NCBI GenBank assembly: GCA_963737265.1
Contig: CAVTRY010000023.1
Span: 288,001 to 352,000, forward strand
Source of the DNA: an uncultured delta proteobacterium
GTDB taxonomy: Bacteria > Myxococcota_A > Polyangia > Fen-1088
Direction: 5' to 3'
Length of the DNA: 64,000 bases
The notes under the pieces are model-generated. The model saw only the letters and a list, made by a program, of their open reading frames with translations, did no database searches and had not been told where the DNA came from. Within the stretch, counting starts at the first letter, position 1. Each line of letters starts with the position of its first letter. Both the position numbers and the translations under genes were made by a program. This document shows positions 1-9,996 of the stretch, piece by piece.

Positions 1-1905
1 CTCATCGTCGATGGGAAACATGACCTCGACGCGACGGACGAAGTTGCGCGGCATCCAATCGGCAGACGCGAGATAGAGCTCGTTCTTGCCGCCGGCCTGG
101 AAGTAGAAGATGCGCGCGTGCTCGAGAAAGCGATCCACGGTGCTGGTCACGCGGATGTTTTCGCTCTGTCCCGAAACCCCTGGTTGCAGGCAGCAGATGC
201 CGCGCACGAGCAGGTCGATTTGCACCGATGCCTGCGAAGCCCGGTAGAGCGCCAAAATCACGTCCGGGTCGACGAGCGAATTCATCTTGGCGATGATGCG
301 GCCCTTGGCGCCGAAGGAGCTCTCGCGCGCGATCAAATCGAGAATGCGCTCTTTCAGCCCGAGCGGTGCAACCGCGAATCGCTTCCACGAAGGCGGCGCG
401 GAGTACCCGGTAATGAGATTGAACAGAGCGCCCGCGTCGTCGGCGAAATCCTCGCGCGCGGTGAGATAGGAAATGTCGCCGTAGGTGCGGGCGGTCGCCG
501 GATTGTAGTTGCCGGTGGAAAGGTGCACGTAGCGACGAATCACGCCCCGCTCGCGGCGAACCACGAGCGCGACTTTGCAGTGGGTCTTGAGACCGACCAA
601 GCCATAAACGACGTGCACGCCGGATTCTTCCAGCACCCGCGCCCAGGCGATGTTGCGGCCTTCATCGAAGCGCGCCTTGAGCTCGACCACCGCGGTAACC
701 TGCTTGCCGTTTTCGGCCGCGCGAATGAGCGCGCTTATCACCGGCGAATCCGCGCTGGTGCGGTAGAGCGTCTGTTTGATGGCCAGCACGTTGGGGTCGT
801 CGGCCGCCTCGGACACGAAATCCACCACGTGATCGAAGGATTCGTAGGGGTGGTGAAGGAGGACGTCGCGTTCGGCCAGCGCCCTGAAGATTTCCCCTTC
901 GTGCAGTTGCGGCACGAGCTGCGGCGTGAAGATCTCGTCGTGAAAATCGCGCAACTGCGGATGCGTGGTGAGCGGCGTGAGATCGTTCAGGCGCAGGGGG
1001 CCGTCTACGCGGTACACGTCCGCGGGATCCAAGCGCAAAGCCCCGCGCAGAAAGGTCTCCACTTCGGGCGGCGAATCGCTGGCCAGCTCCAAACGAACCG
1101 CCTGACCGCGCTCGCGCTTGCGCAGCTCGCGCTGGATGGTCTTGAGCAGGTCGTCGGCCTCGTCCTCGTCGATGGAGAGGTCGAAGTTGCGCGTGACGCG
1201 GAAAGGGCTGCATCCCACCACGCGAAAGCCCGGAAAAAGTCCGCCGACATGCATGGCGATGAGCGTTTCGAGCAGAACGTAGGCCGCCTTGCCGTCCACC
1301 GGGGGCGTCACCTCGACCAGCCGGCCTAACACCGCCGGGACCTGCACGACGGCGAAAATGGTCGGCCGGCGCGCGACGCGCTGGTGCTCTTTGTGAAGCA
1401 GAATCGCCAAATTCAGACTGCGATTGCGCAGCGCCGGGAACGGGTGACCTTGATCCACGGCCAGCGGCGTGAGCACGGGCCACACGTCGCGGGCGAATCG
1501 GCATTCGAGGGCCGTGCGCTGCTCCAGCGTGAGATCGGCGGGGCGAACGAAGGCGATCGCCGCCCTTTGGGCCAGGCTCGGCGCAAGCTCGTCACGCCAG
1601 TTCTGGTACAGCAGCTTCACCATGTCGTGAACGCGTACGCTGATCTTGGCGAGCTGTTCGGCCGGCAGCATTCCATCGGCATTCACGTCCTGCACACCGC
1701 CCGCCACCAGTTGCTTGAGCCCCGCCACCCGCACCATGAAGAATTCGTCGAGATTGTTCGAGACGATAGCTTGAAACTTCAGCCGCTCGGCCAGCGGCAC
1801 GGTTCCATCGCACGCCTCCTCGAGAACGCGGGCATTGAATTCCAACCACGACAGCTCGCGGTTGAAGAATATCCCAGGCGGCTTGTCGGACTGATCCGAG
1901 GCCAC
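1..1905 (-). CDS. ppk1: Polyphosphate kinase 1 (3' end runs off window)
   Basis: Not in ORF track; manual translation from GTG at 1905 (RBS AAGGAG) gives VASDQSDKPPGIFFNRELSWLEFNARVLEEA; later HHPYESF, ELKARFDE, GNYN, DRFLEHARI, SADWMPRN motifs. Confidence 0.95.
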   Translation of the reverse strand, partial: MASDQSDKPPGIFFNRELSWLEFNARVLEEACDGTVPLAERLKFQAIVSNNLDEFFMVRVAGLKQLVAGGVQDVNADGMLPAEQLAKISVRVHDMVKLLYQNWRDELAPSLAQRAAIAFVRPADLTLEQRTALECRFARDVWPVLTPLAVDQGHPFPALRNRSLNLAILLHKEHQRVARRPTIFAVVQVPAVLGRLVEVTPPVDGKAAYVLLETLIAMHVGGLFPGFRVVGCSPFRVTRNFDLSIDEDEADDLLKTIQRELRKRERGQAVRLELASDSPPEVETFLRGALRLDPADVYRVDGPLRLNDLTPLTTHPQLRDFHDEIFTPQLVPQLHEGEIFRALAERDVLLHHPYESFDHVVDFVSEAADDPNVLAIKQTLYRTSADSPVISALIRAAENGKQVTAVVELKARFDEGRNIAWARVLEESGVHVVYGLVGLKTHCKVALVVRRERGVIRRYVHLSTGNYNPATARTYGDISYLTAREDFADDAGALFNLITGYSAPPSWKRFAVAPLGLKERILDLIARESSFGAKGRIIAKMNSLVDPDVILALYRASQASVQIDLLVRGICCLQPGVSGQSENIRVTSTVDRFLEHARIFYFQAGGKNELYLASADWMPRNFVRRVEVMFPIDDE

Positions 1906-1975
1906 TGGCGCCTTCTCCTTTGGGGATGTTCGGGGAGTCAAGACGCGGTATTCTAGCCGAAGAACCGCAAGTAGC

Positions 1976-3550
1976 TCATGTGACAATTCTGTTACGATTT
2001 TGGCTGGGATTCTTACGTATAGGCGCCCGCTCGCGCCGCGAAGCAATGGTTGATATCGCGAGGCTGGCGCCGAAAACCTTGCGGAAGAGCTGGGCTTCGT
2101 GCGCGACATCCCACAATTCCAAGTCCGCCGGACCGCGGGTGGAGAGGTGAATTGACACCTTGCTGTTGACTTTTTCGGCGCGAATCTTGCGTATTGGCTG
2201 CGCGTGGCTGCGATCCAGCGCGTCTGCGACGCGCAAGATGGTTGCCAGCTTGCGCACGCTGCGTGCCTCGCTCAAGGTCAAGCCTTCCATGCCCGGATGA
2301 TGCAAGTCAGGGGCGCTGCGCCGGTGAAAACGAGCGATGCGCGCCACGATGTCGCGTTCGCGATCCGCCAGACCCGGAATATCGCCGTTGCGCACCAGAT
2401 ACTCGGTGTGCCGATGGTGCTTTTGGTAGCTGACCGAATGGCCGATGTCGTGCAGCACCGAAGCGACCTCAAGGTAGGGACGTACCGCCATGGGCAAGCG
2501 ATGCAATCCCGCCAATTGATCGAACATAGCGAGCGCGAGACGCGTGACTTGTACGGCGTGTGCCTCGTCGAAGAAGAAACGCCGGCCGAGGGCGCAAGCC
2601 GCGTCCATGAGAGATGAATCGTCGTCGTCGCGAAACCGCCGGCGCACCAAATCCACCAATACGCCGTGGCGCAAGCCGCGATCCACCGCCGTCACCGCGT
2701 GCAGCGACAAGTGATGGGCCAGCGCCTCCAGGATAACCGCGCCCGCGACGATGACGTCCGCGCGCTTGGAATCGAAACGCTTGTGCCGCTCCTCGGGATC
2801 CATGCGCGCGAGCTTTTCCACGAAGTGTGAAATCTGTTCCGCGGTGGCGTGCGCGGTGCCCTCGGCCGCGGCGCCGGCAACGATGGCCCTGATCGATCCC
2901 GAGCTGCCGAGGGCGACGCGGGGAAAGCCGCGAATGCCTGCTGGCAACGACTCCTGCACCGCTTCGCGCGCGAATTCACGCAACAGGCGCAGTTGCTTGG
3001 GCGAAATCTCGCCGTGGCTCTTGAAAATCTCGGTCAGGCGGACCGAACCGATGGCCACGCTCCACAGCTTCGACGGTTGGTCGCCGATGGCACCCGCCAC
3101 CTCGGTCGATCCGCCGCCGATGTCGAGGCACAGCGAGCGCGCCTTGGGTGGCCGCCCCGACAAGATGCCGAGGCACATGAGGCGAGCTTCCTCCTTGCCC
3201 GAAATCGCTTCGAGCACGAGCCCGGTCTCGACCTTGACCCGGCGGATGATCTCGTCCCGGTTCTTGGCCTCGCGCAAGGCGCTGGTGCCCACCGCGCGCA
3301 CGCGGGCCTGGTGGCGCTTGCAGATGATGGCGTAGCGGCGAAGAACAACAATCAAGCGATCCACCACCGGCGGCGGGATCACGCCGGTCTGAAACAGTCC
3401 TTCGGACGGCCGCACCGGATCTCGTTCCTGGTGGACGGATTCGATGCTGCCATCCGAAAACCCGCGCGCTATTTCCAAACGAACCGCGTTGGCCCCCACG
3501 TCGATTGCCGCGATGGGAGTTTCTACTGCCTTGGGTTTCATCCTGGCCAC
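1976..3550 (-). CDS. ppx: Exopolyphosphatase Ppx/GppA with C-terminal HD domain
   Basis: AAIDVGANAVR, GTSALREAKN, EEARL, DIGGGSTE, LHDIG motifs; adjacent to ppk1. Confidence 0.93.
   Translation of the reverse strand: MARMKPKAVETPIAAIDVGANAVRLEIARGFSDGSIESVHQERDPVRPSEGLFQTGVIPPPVVDRLIVVLRRYAIICKRHQARVRAVGTSALREAKNRDEIIRRVKVETGLVLEAISGKEEARLMCLGILSGRPPKARSLCLDIGGGSTEVAGAIGDQPSKLWSVAIGSVRLTEIFKSHGEISPKQLRLLREFAREAVQESLPAGIRGFPRVALGSSGSIRAIVAGAAAEGTAHATAEQISHFVEKLARMDPEERHKRFDSKRADVIVAGAVILEALAHHLSLHAVTAVDRGLRHGVLVDLVRRRFRDDDDSSLMDAACALGRRFFFDEAHAVQVTRLALAMFDQLAGLHRLPMAVRPYLEVASVLHDIGHSVSYQKHHRHTEYLVRNGDIPGLADRERDIVARIARFHRRSAPDLHHPGMEGLTLSEARSVRKLATILRVADALDRSHAQPIRKIRAEKVNSKVSIHLSTRGPADLELWDVAHEAQLFRKVFGASLAISTIASRRERAPIRKNPSQNRNRIVT
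1979..1995 (-). promoter_or_regulatory. Pho-box-like 11-bp tandem repeat upstream of ppk1
   Basis: Coding strand GTAACA-GAATT-GTCACA. Confidence 0.6.
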
Positions 3551-3605
3551 ATTCCGCCCTGCGCTGTCGTTCGTATTACCTTTATAGATGAACCATCCCG
3601 CGACT

Positions 3606-3622
3606 TGTAACGAATCTGTGAC
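3606..3622 (-). promoter_or_regulatory. Pho-box-like repeat upstream of ppx
   Basis: Coding strand GTCACA-GATTC-GTTACA. Confidence 0.6.
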
Positions 3623-3672
3623 AAATCAGCTGCGTTCCGGTCGCGCGGATCCCGCTGCTCGCCGTCGGAGAG

Positions 3673-5517
3673 TCAGCTCGCTTGCCGCGTGTAGCGCCCG
3701 AATCCGTCCTCGCCCATGAAGCGCTTGAGCAGCTTGGCCTCGGTCTTGCGCAGATCCACGACGATGAGGCCGTCCACGCACTCGCCGAAGGCGGGGTCGA
3801 TGTTGAAGCTGAGCACGCGCGCGCCCAACCGCAAGTAGTAGCGCAACAGCACGGGCATGCCCTTGTTGTCGTCCTCGATTTCGGAAATCAACGAGGAGAC
3901 ATCGTCGTCGTCCTCGACCAGGGCGTCGATGGCCCGGCTTTCCTCGTTGTTGAAGGTCGTGGTAGGCGGCGGATTCTTGGCCTTGACCAAGGCGGCGAAG
4001 GCGGCGTCGCCGCGCGAGCGCTGCAGATACTCGAGCATCAGACGCATCGAGGTCGCCTGGTAGGAACGACTGATGCTGACCGGGCCGAACAACACTTTGT
4101 ATTGGGGATTCCGCACCAAGTACTCGCCGATCCCGCGCCACAGCAAGGCCAGCGCGGTCGGCTTGCGCTGATACTCTTCGCGAATGAAGGAACGGCCCAT
4201 TTCCAATGCGGGTCCCATGCGATCGATGAAGCCGCCGCCAAACTTGAACAGGCTGCTGGTGTAGAGCCCTGCCACGCCTTGCCGGGCCAAGATTTCGTCG
4301 GCGCGACCGATGCGGTAGCTGCCGACGATTTCCTGTTTGGCCTGGTTCCACATGAAGAGGTGCTGGTAGGTCCGATCGAAACCGTCGAGGTCGCAGTCCC
4401 GCCCGGTGCCTTCCTGAGCCGCGCGGAAGGTCTTCTCGCGCAAGCGGCCGATCTCGCGCAGCAAGGTCGGGATCTGCGCCGAAGTCGCGACGTGGACCTG
4501 GTAATCGCCCGAGCGGTGCAGGCAAGACGCCGGCGGCAGGCCACGGATTTCCTCTTCTAGCACGCGCGAAGGTATCGCTTCGATAATCGGCTTTTGCTCG
4601 GCATCCAAAAATGGCCGCGGCGGCACGAAGCGCATGCGCACGCGGCTTTCGCGACGTTGCAGGGCGTAGGTCTTGAAGCGCAGGTATTGAATGAGGGTTT
4701 CGTCCTCGGGATAGCGGTCGGTTTTTTCCTGACCGATGGGCCGGCCGATGCGAACGCGAACGGTCGAGTGTTGGCGCTTGACGATCTCCGAGGGCAACAG
4801 AACTGTGCGGAAGGCCGGATGAAGCAGGCCAGCGAGCTGGAAGACCATGCTGTTCTGACCCTCGAAGAACACTGGCACCACGGTGGCACCGGTCAGCCGC
4901 ACCAGCGCGGCGATGTTGGGATGCCAGGCCGGATCCGAGACGCCATTGCCGAGGCGCAAATGGGACACCGTTCCCGAGGGAAAAGCGCCGAGTGCCGAGC
5001 CCTCGCGCAACCACCTGATGACGGTTCGCATGGAGCCGATATTGGCGCGCGCAGAATCGGGCCGCGCATTGGGATCCACGGGAATGATCCAACTACGCAA
5101 TTCCGGAATACGCGCCAGGATGCGATTGCCAAGAACGCGCACGTCCGGCCGCGCGCGGGTCATGATGTCGCCGAGGATCAAGCCGTCGACGGCGCCGAAC
5201 GGGTGATTGGCGACCACGATGAGCGGGCCATACTTGGGAATCTTCTCCCGATCCTCGTCGCTGACCTCGTAGTCGATGGCCAGCGTGCGCAGGATGGTAG
5301 GAAAGTAGGTTTCTTGTTCATGCGGCAGGATCAGCGATTGGGAGTACAAGCGATTGACCTCCGTTAGGGACAGGACTCGATTAAGGGTGCCTTCAATAAG
5401 GCGAAAGAGCGCGCGCCGGCTGGGACTGCGAATGGCACTGCGAAGATCGATGAGCTCGCGAGGAGATTCGGCGGATGCTTCGTCTGATGACGGGCTGGCT
5501 TCGTTGATGGATTGCAT
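3673..5517 (-). CDS. Fused PlsC-type acyltransferase + GNAT N-acyltransferase (OlsF-like / 'putative hemolysin' family aminolipid synthase)
   Basis: NHPFGAVDG (HX4D) and FPSG in N-half; EIGRLREKTFR, DLDGFD, LEMGRSF, LFGPVSIS in C-half; start taken at MQSINE. Confidence 0.8.
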   Translation of the reverse strand: MQSINEASPSSDEASAESPRELIDLRSAIRSPSRRALFRLIEGTLNRVLSLTEVNRLYSQSLILPHEQETYFPTILRTLAIDYEVSDEDREKIPKYGPLIVVANHPFGAVDGLILGDIMTRARPDVRVLGNRILARIPELRSWIIPVDPNARPDSARANIGSMRTVIRWLREGSALGAFPSGTVSHLRLGNGVSDPAWHPNIAALVRLTGATVVPVFFEGQNSMVFQLAGLLHPAFRTVLLPSEIVKRQHSTVRVRIGRPIGQEKTDRYPEDETLIQYLRFKTYALQRRESRVRMRFVPPRPFLDAEQKPIIEAIPSRVLEEEIRGLPPASCLHRSGDYQVHVATSAQIPTLLREIGRLREKTFRAAQEGTGRDCDLDGFDRTYQHLFMWNQAKQEIVGSYRIGRADEILARQGVAGLYTSSLFKFGGGFIDRMGPALEMGRSFIREEYQRKPTALALLWRGIGEYLVRNPQYKVLFGPVSISRSYQATSMRLMLEYLQRSRGDAAFAALVKAKNPPPTTTFNNEESRAIDALVEDDDDVSSLISEIEDDNKGMPVLLRYYLRLGARVLSFNIDPAFGECVDGLIVVDLRKTEAKLLKRFMGEDGFGRYTRQAS

Positions 5518-5563
5518 TGGCTTGCTCCACCGCCAGCTTCGTCGATCTTGCGTGTCAGTCGCG

Positions 5564-6142
5564 CTACAGCCCGGTGACGTCTGCGCGAACCTCGGCGTAG
5601 CACCACGGCCGAAGCAGCGTGCTGGACGGCGCGGAGAATCGGCGACAGGCGTCCTTGACCATGGCGCGCACCTCGACCTTAGCGCCGATGGCGAGAAGAA
5701 TGAGATCCACAAGGCGAGGCGTCGCCGTAACGACTTCGTCGCTGAACAGGCTGCCGGCGTCGAGGAATCGCTTTCCCTCGACGCCGGCGATGGTCACGTT
5801 GGGCAAAGTACCGTCGCACGACACCTGTCGCGCGAGATCGATGACGTCCGAGACCAACGCCCGGTGGAGACAATCCGCGCAGGCGACGGCCGCGGGCAGC
5901 TCCGATACGTCGGCGACCGTACACATCCCCGGTTCCGCACCCATCCCCATGGCGAGCGCATCCACCACGACCAGCCTTTCCGCCTCGGCCAAGCTGTCGA
6001 GCAAATCGCAGCGAAGCGTGGCCATGACGGCCACCTGCACGTCGGATGGCAAGGGCAACGACTGGAGAATGCGACCAACCCTTGCCCCGATACCGTCGTC
6101 GCATACCCGTTCATTTCCAAGACACACAATGAGAGTTTGCAC
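5564..6142 (-). CDS. Hydrogenase maturation protease family protein (HycI/HybD-like)
   Basis: LIVCLGNERVCDDGIG, LVVVDA, and His in CLHR; GTG start at 6142. Confidence 0.75.
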   Translation of the reverse strand: MQTLIVCLGNERVCDDGIGARVGRILQSLPLPSDVQVAVMATLRCDLLDSLAEAERLVVVDALAMGMGAEPGMCTVADVSELPAAVACADCLHRALVSDVIDLARQVSCDGTLPNVTIAGVEGKRFLDAGSLFSDEVVTATPRLVDLILLAIGAKVEVRAMVKDACRRFSAPSSTLLRPWCYAEVRADVTGL

Positions 6143-6264
6143 AACTTCCGTTACACACCATTTTCGCGACAACTGCTCGTGAGAAGCTTGCAACGTTCGC
6201 GTGGCGGAATTGTGAACAGTTGTATTCGCCGTACGAAATTCTGTAACCAGCGGCTAGCGCGGAA

Positions 6265-7029
6265 TCAGGGATCCGGCTGGGGACTGGTCTCCGCGGGATC
6301 CGCCAGACGGAAGCCGACGCCGCGAACGGTTTGTAGAAGATCGGCGGCGTTGCCCAACTTGTCGCGGATGCGTTTGATGTGCGTGTCCACGGTGCGACTA
6401 GAGACTTCCGGATGGTAGCCCCACACCGCCGTCAACAATTCCCGCCGCGTACGCATTCTGCCCGGAGAGCGAAACAGATAGACCAGCACGCGCATCTCCA
6501 AGGCGCTGACGTGAACTTCCTTGTCCTCCACGAACAGACGATGCGCCGACTCGTCGATCTTGAGAATTCCGAGGGCAAGTGGCTTTTCCGCCTCGGCGGC
6601 GGTCGGCACTGTTCCGGCCACCTGGGCCTCGACGCGCGTCTGGCGCGCCTTGAGCCGCGCCTCGACTCGCAACATCAATTCGCGCACGCTGAATGGCTTG
6701 ACCACATAGTCGTCGGCGCCAATTTCGAAACCAACCACGCGGTCGATCTCCTGCGCCCGCGCCGAGACGATGATGACCGCGGGTTGATCCGCGCTGGTGG
6801 TGCCACGCAGGCGCCGGCAGACCTCCAGGCCCGACATGTCGGGCAACATCAGGTCGAGCAGCACCAAATCGGGATGAAACTCGTCGAGAGCGAGCATGGC
6901 CGATTCGCCGCGGTCCGCGATCTCCGCCTCGTACCCATGCGCACGCACGGCGTACGCCATCGAGCTGCTGAGATCAGCCTCGTCCTCTACAATCAGGACA
7001 CGACTCTTGCGCGGCGACTCGACACCCAT
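6265..7029 (-). CDS. phoB: OmpR/PhoB-family response regulator, PhoB-like
   Basis: VLIVEDE, LLDLMLPD, GADDYVVKPF receiver; VWGY..SRTVDTHIKRIRDKL, TVRGVGF wHTH; polyP gene context and Pho-box upstream. Confidence 0.75.
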   Translation of the reverse strand: MGVESPRKSRVLIVEDEADLSSSMAYAVRAHGYEAEIADRGESAMLALDEFHPDLVLLDLMLPDMSGLEVCRRLRGTTSADQPAVIIVSARAQEIDRVVGFEIGADDYVVKPFSVRELMLRVEARLKARQTRVEAQVAGTVPTAAEAEKPLALGILKIDESAHRLFVEDKEVHVSALEMRVLVYLFRSPGRMRTRRELLTAVWGYHPEVSSRTVDTHIKRIRDKLGNAADLLQTVRGVGFRLADPAETSPQPDP

Positions 7030-7054
7030 AGATGACCGCAGTATCGCCTTCGCC

Positions 7055-7082
7055 GGTTGCAATCCTGTGACAACCGTGTGAC
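7055..7082 (-). promoter_or_regulatory. Pho-box-like triple repeat upstream of the regulator
   Basis: Coding strand GTCACA-CGGTT-GTCACA-GGATT-GCAACC, 11-bp period. Confidence 0.65.
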
Positions 7083-7286
7083 GCCTTCGTGCCCACGAGG
7101 TACAGGGAGAAAATAGGGACCACCTGGGCCCAGGAGAGAAATCCATCCCAGGTGATCCCTTGCTGGGCCTTGCAATCTGTCGCCTAGTGCCACAACATCG
7201 TCAATCCCAGCGTCGAAACATCATCTAGTCTAAGCAACGCCCGCTTCGTACGTCACCAATCGTAGCGTCTTTCAGCCGCCGGCGCG

Positions 7287-7303
7287 GTTACACAAATGCG
7301 ACA
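7287..7303 (+). promoter_or_regulatory. Pho-box-like repeat upstream of ppk2
   Basis: GTTACA-CAAAT-GCGACA, 11-bp period. Confidence 0.45.
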
Positions 7304-7345
7304 ACTGGGTTTCAACCGATATCTTGAACCTTGCTGGAAAAAGCC

Positions 7346-8266
7346 ATGAAAAATCTGCTCAAGAACACTCACAAACTTGCCTCCGCCTTCCGCGTGACGA
7401 ACGGCAGGAAGTTCAGCCTGAACGACGTCGATCCCGGCGACACGCTCGGCATCAAGCCGGAAGACAAACTGGTGGCGGGCGAAACCCTTCGCCAAGGTGT
7501 GGCGTCGATATGCCACCTTCAGGAAATGCTTTATGCGCAGGACAAATGGGCGCTTCTGCTCATTTTCCAGGCCATGGATGCGGCGGGCAAGGATGGCACC
7601 ATCAAGCACGTTCTGTCGGGTGTGAATCCGCAGGGCTGCGAGGTTCATTCCTTCAAGGCACCCACCAACGAAGACCTGGACCACGATTTTCTGTGGCGCT
7701 GCATCTGCCGCCTGCCCGAGCGCGGACGCCTCGGCATCTTCAACCGCTCGTACTACGAAGAGACCTTGGTGGTGCGCGTGCACCCGGACCTACTCGGAAA
7801 ACAAAAACTGCCGCCAAGCCTCGTCGGCAAGAATATTTGGAAGGAACGATTCGAGGACATCCGCCATTTCGAACGTTACCTCGACCGCAACGGCGTCGTG
7901 GTACGCAAGTTCTTCCTGCACTTGTCGAGGAAGGAGCAGAAGCGGCGCTTTCTGGCCCGCTTGCAGGATCCAGAGAAGCATTGGAAGTTCTCGTCGGCCG
8001 ACACCCGCGAACGCGAGTATTGGGACGACTACATGGCGGCCTACGAGGATGTCGTTCGCCACACCGCCACGGAAGAAGCGCCCTGGTACGTGATTCCCGC
8101 CGACAACAAATGGTTCACTCGACTGATTGTTTCGTCGGTGGTGATCGACACGCTGTCGTCGCTGCACCTCGAGTTTCCCGCGGTCGACCCGGCGAAGCTC
8201 AAGGAGTTGGCCGCCGCGCGCACCACGCTGAACAAGAAGAATGGCGGCGGCAAACCCGGCCAGTAG
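7346..8266 (+). CDS. ppk2: Polyphosphate kinase 2 family (polyP:nucleotide phosphotransferase)
   Basis: QAMDAAGKDG Walker A, FNRSYYE, APWYVIPADNKW. Confidence 0.93.
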   Translation: MKNLLKNTHKLASAFRVTNGRKFSLNDVDPGDTLGIKPEDKLVAGETLRQGVASICHLQEMLYAQDKWALLLIFQAMDAAGKDGTIKHVLSGVNPQGCEVHSFKAPTNEDLDHDFLWRCICRLPERGRLGIFNRSYYEETLVVRVHPDLLGKQKLPPSLVGKNIWKERFEDIRHFERYLDRNGVVVRKFFLHLSRKEQKRRFLARLQDPEKHWKFSSADTREREYWDDYMAAYEDVVRHTATEEAPWYVIPADNKWFTRLIVSSVVIDTLSSLHLEFPAVDPAKLKELAAARTTLNKKNGGGKPGQ

Positions 8267-8267
8267 C

Positions 8268-8297
8268 ACTCGGCCGCCACCCGCGCGGCGGCCGAGT
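8268..8297. terminator. Hairpin between convergent genes
   Basis: ACTCGGCCGCC-N8-GGCGGCCGAGT perfect 11-bp stem. Confidence 0.6.
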
Positions 8298-8310
8298 ATC
8301 GAGACGTGGA

Positions 8311-9696
8311 CTAGCGACGGCGAAAGCGCCGCAGGACCAAGCCGGCGCAGGCGAGCGTCAGCCACAGGTTGATGGAACCAGCCGCGCGGCCACCCACCGC
8401 GCATCCCCCGCCTTGGGTCGCCACCGGCGTGCCGGTTCCCGCATCGGCGGACTGGGTGCCGTCATTGCCGGTACCCGCGTTTACAACCGGCGGATTCTGG
8501 CTTCCGCCCTGACCGGCTCCCGTACCAGTGGACGAAGTGGTAGAGGTGCCAGGGCCGACCAAGACAACCGTCACGCCGGCATCGCTGGCGGACTTGGGAG
8601 CCGGAGCATCGAGGGTCGGGGTCGATCCCGAGGAAGAGTTGAACTGCGCTCCGCTGCTCGCGGCATGTCCCTCGGTCGCGAGGATGATCCCGTCGGGCAG
8701 GCAGGACTTGTCGAACGCGTTGGGGCTCCACACCGGCCGCGTGCCACCGTTGTAGTTGGTGAAGTCGAAGCAGCTCCAGCCTGTCGGGCAGGCTTGGCCG
8801 GCGCCGCAATCGATGGGCTTCGGCATGCAGTCCTTCTCGACCGTGGTCGTGCACACTGGCGGCGGGGCCGGCGCGCAGACAAGACCGCCATCGCCCATGG
8901 AGCAGGCCCCGCTGGATCCAGAGCATTCGGTGGACGCGCTGACTTGCAGACACTGGTAGAGCGAGCTTGAGCAGTCGCTGTCCACCGTGCAGGACGCGGG
9001 AACAAATGTACAAACGGACGGTCCGGGTGCACAGGTTGGATCTGTCGTGGTCGCGGTCCCGTCGGAGCCCGCAGCGCCACCGCCAGAACAAGTCGCGCCC
9101 GTGGCTTGGCAAACCAGCGGCGCGGGGCAGTCAGCGGCGGTGTTGCACGCGTGTGGCTTGGCCACGCAGGTCCCGCTGCTGCTGGGCTGGGGCGCCGGGG
9201 TCGTGCACTTGGTATTCGGCGCACACGCGGGCGTGGGCGAGGCGATCATGTCCATGACACAATCGAAGTCGGCGCTTGGACAATCCGCCACGCTGGTGCA
9301 AACGATCGGCTTCGGCTCGCAAACGCCCGTCATCGTCGTCGGCTGGGGGCTCGTCAGCACCGGGAATCCGGCGTCGGGAATCGCGTACGGCACCGGAGCT
9401 CCCGCGTCGACCGCGAGAACCGGGGGAGAGGACGCCGAGCCACAGTTGGTGCCGTCCACGCTCAAGCAAGTGCCCCCGGCTGCGGTTCCGCTCCCAGAGC
9501 TCCCGACGCTTCCGCCTGTCGCCGCGACGCTTCCGCCCGTCGCGTACGCAGTCGCCGCGAACCCGCACTGGTACCCGGTGTCGCAATCCGCGTCGCTGGT
9601 GCATTCCGTGGCCGAGGCCGTGCGCCCCATTCCGAGCATTCCGAGAAGGGTGACGATGGCGATGGAAAATACCTTGCGTGAAAATCTACTCGACAT
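8311..9696 (-). CDS. Cys-rich secreted surface protein with MYXO-CTERM sorting signal
   Basis: N-terminal signal peptide; repeated CxSxxDC modules; C-terminal GGGCAVGG...TM helix...RRFRRR. Confidence 0.8.
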   Translation of the reverse strand: MSSRFSRKVFSIAIVTLLGMLGMGRTASATECTSDADCDTGYQCGFAATAYATGGSVAATGGSVGSSGSGTAAGGTCLSVDGTNCGSASSPPVLAVDAGAPVPYAIPDAGFPVLTSPQPTTMTGVCEPKPIVCTSVADCPSADFDCVMDMIASPTPACAPNTKCTTPAPQPSSSGTCVAKPHACNTAADCPAPLVCQATGATCSGGGAAGSDGTATTTDPTCAPGPSVCTFVPASCTVDSDCSSSLYQCLQVSASTECSGSSGACSMGDGGLVCAPAPPPVCTTTVEKDCMPKPIDCGAGQACPTGWSCFDFTNYNGGTRPVWSPNAFDKSCLPDGIILATEGHAASSGAQFNSSSGSTPTLDAPAPKSASDAGVTVVLVGPGTSTTSSTGTGAGQGGSQNPPVVNAGTGNDGTQSADAGTGTPVATQGGGCAVGGRAAGSINLWLTLACAGLVLRRFRRR

Positions 9697-9766
9697 GGCT
9701 TGAGCTCCTTTTGCGCGAGAACCTGGCCCAGTGCTTCGTTGAAAACCTGGCCCGATGTCTGTGTTG

Positions 9767-9782
9767 TGCAAACCCAATGCCG
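9767..9782 (-). promoter_or_regulatory. Sigma54 (-24/-12) promoter for MYXO-CTERM gene
   Basis: Coding strand CGGCATTGGGTTTGCA = GG-N10-GC with TTGCA. Confidence 0.55.
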
Positions 9783-9996
9783 GTCACAGGAGGAAAAATT
9801 GGCCTGCAAAAACGTAGAGGTCGCTCGCACTGCCCTCAAATTTCTGAGACCGCCAGGATCGATCCAGCGTCATCGCGCGGGCGCCACTGCCGCCGCTGCC
9901 GTCCCGATCTCCGGCCGCCCCGAACCGTAGTATGCTGCCGCCGTCCCACGACGGGGCGCGTATCAACCCATCACCACCATCTACGAGGCTGCGACC

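Noticed and set aside
118-1956. Long plus-strand ORFs (403 aa, 190 aa) and many similar overlapping ORFs across the window
   Set aside because: Antisense or alternate-frame shadows of real genes (here ppk1), expected at high GC; no motifs.
6148-6250. GTTACA-like half sites near the protease gene as Pho boxes
   Set aside because: Half sites are not at 11-bp spacing.
9718-9757. Short direct repeat AACCTGGCCC twice in the MYXO-CTERM 5' region
   Set aside because: Too short to distinguish from chance; no recognisable regulator motif.
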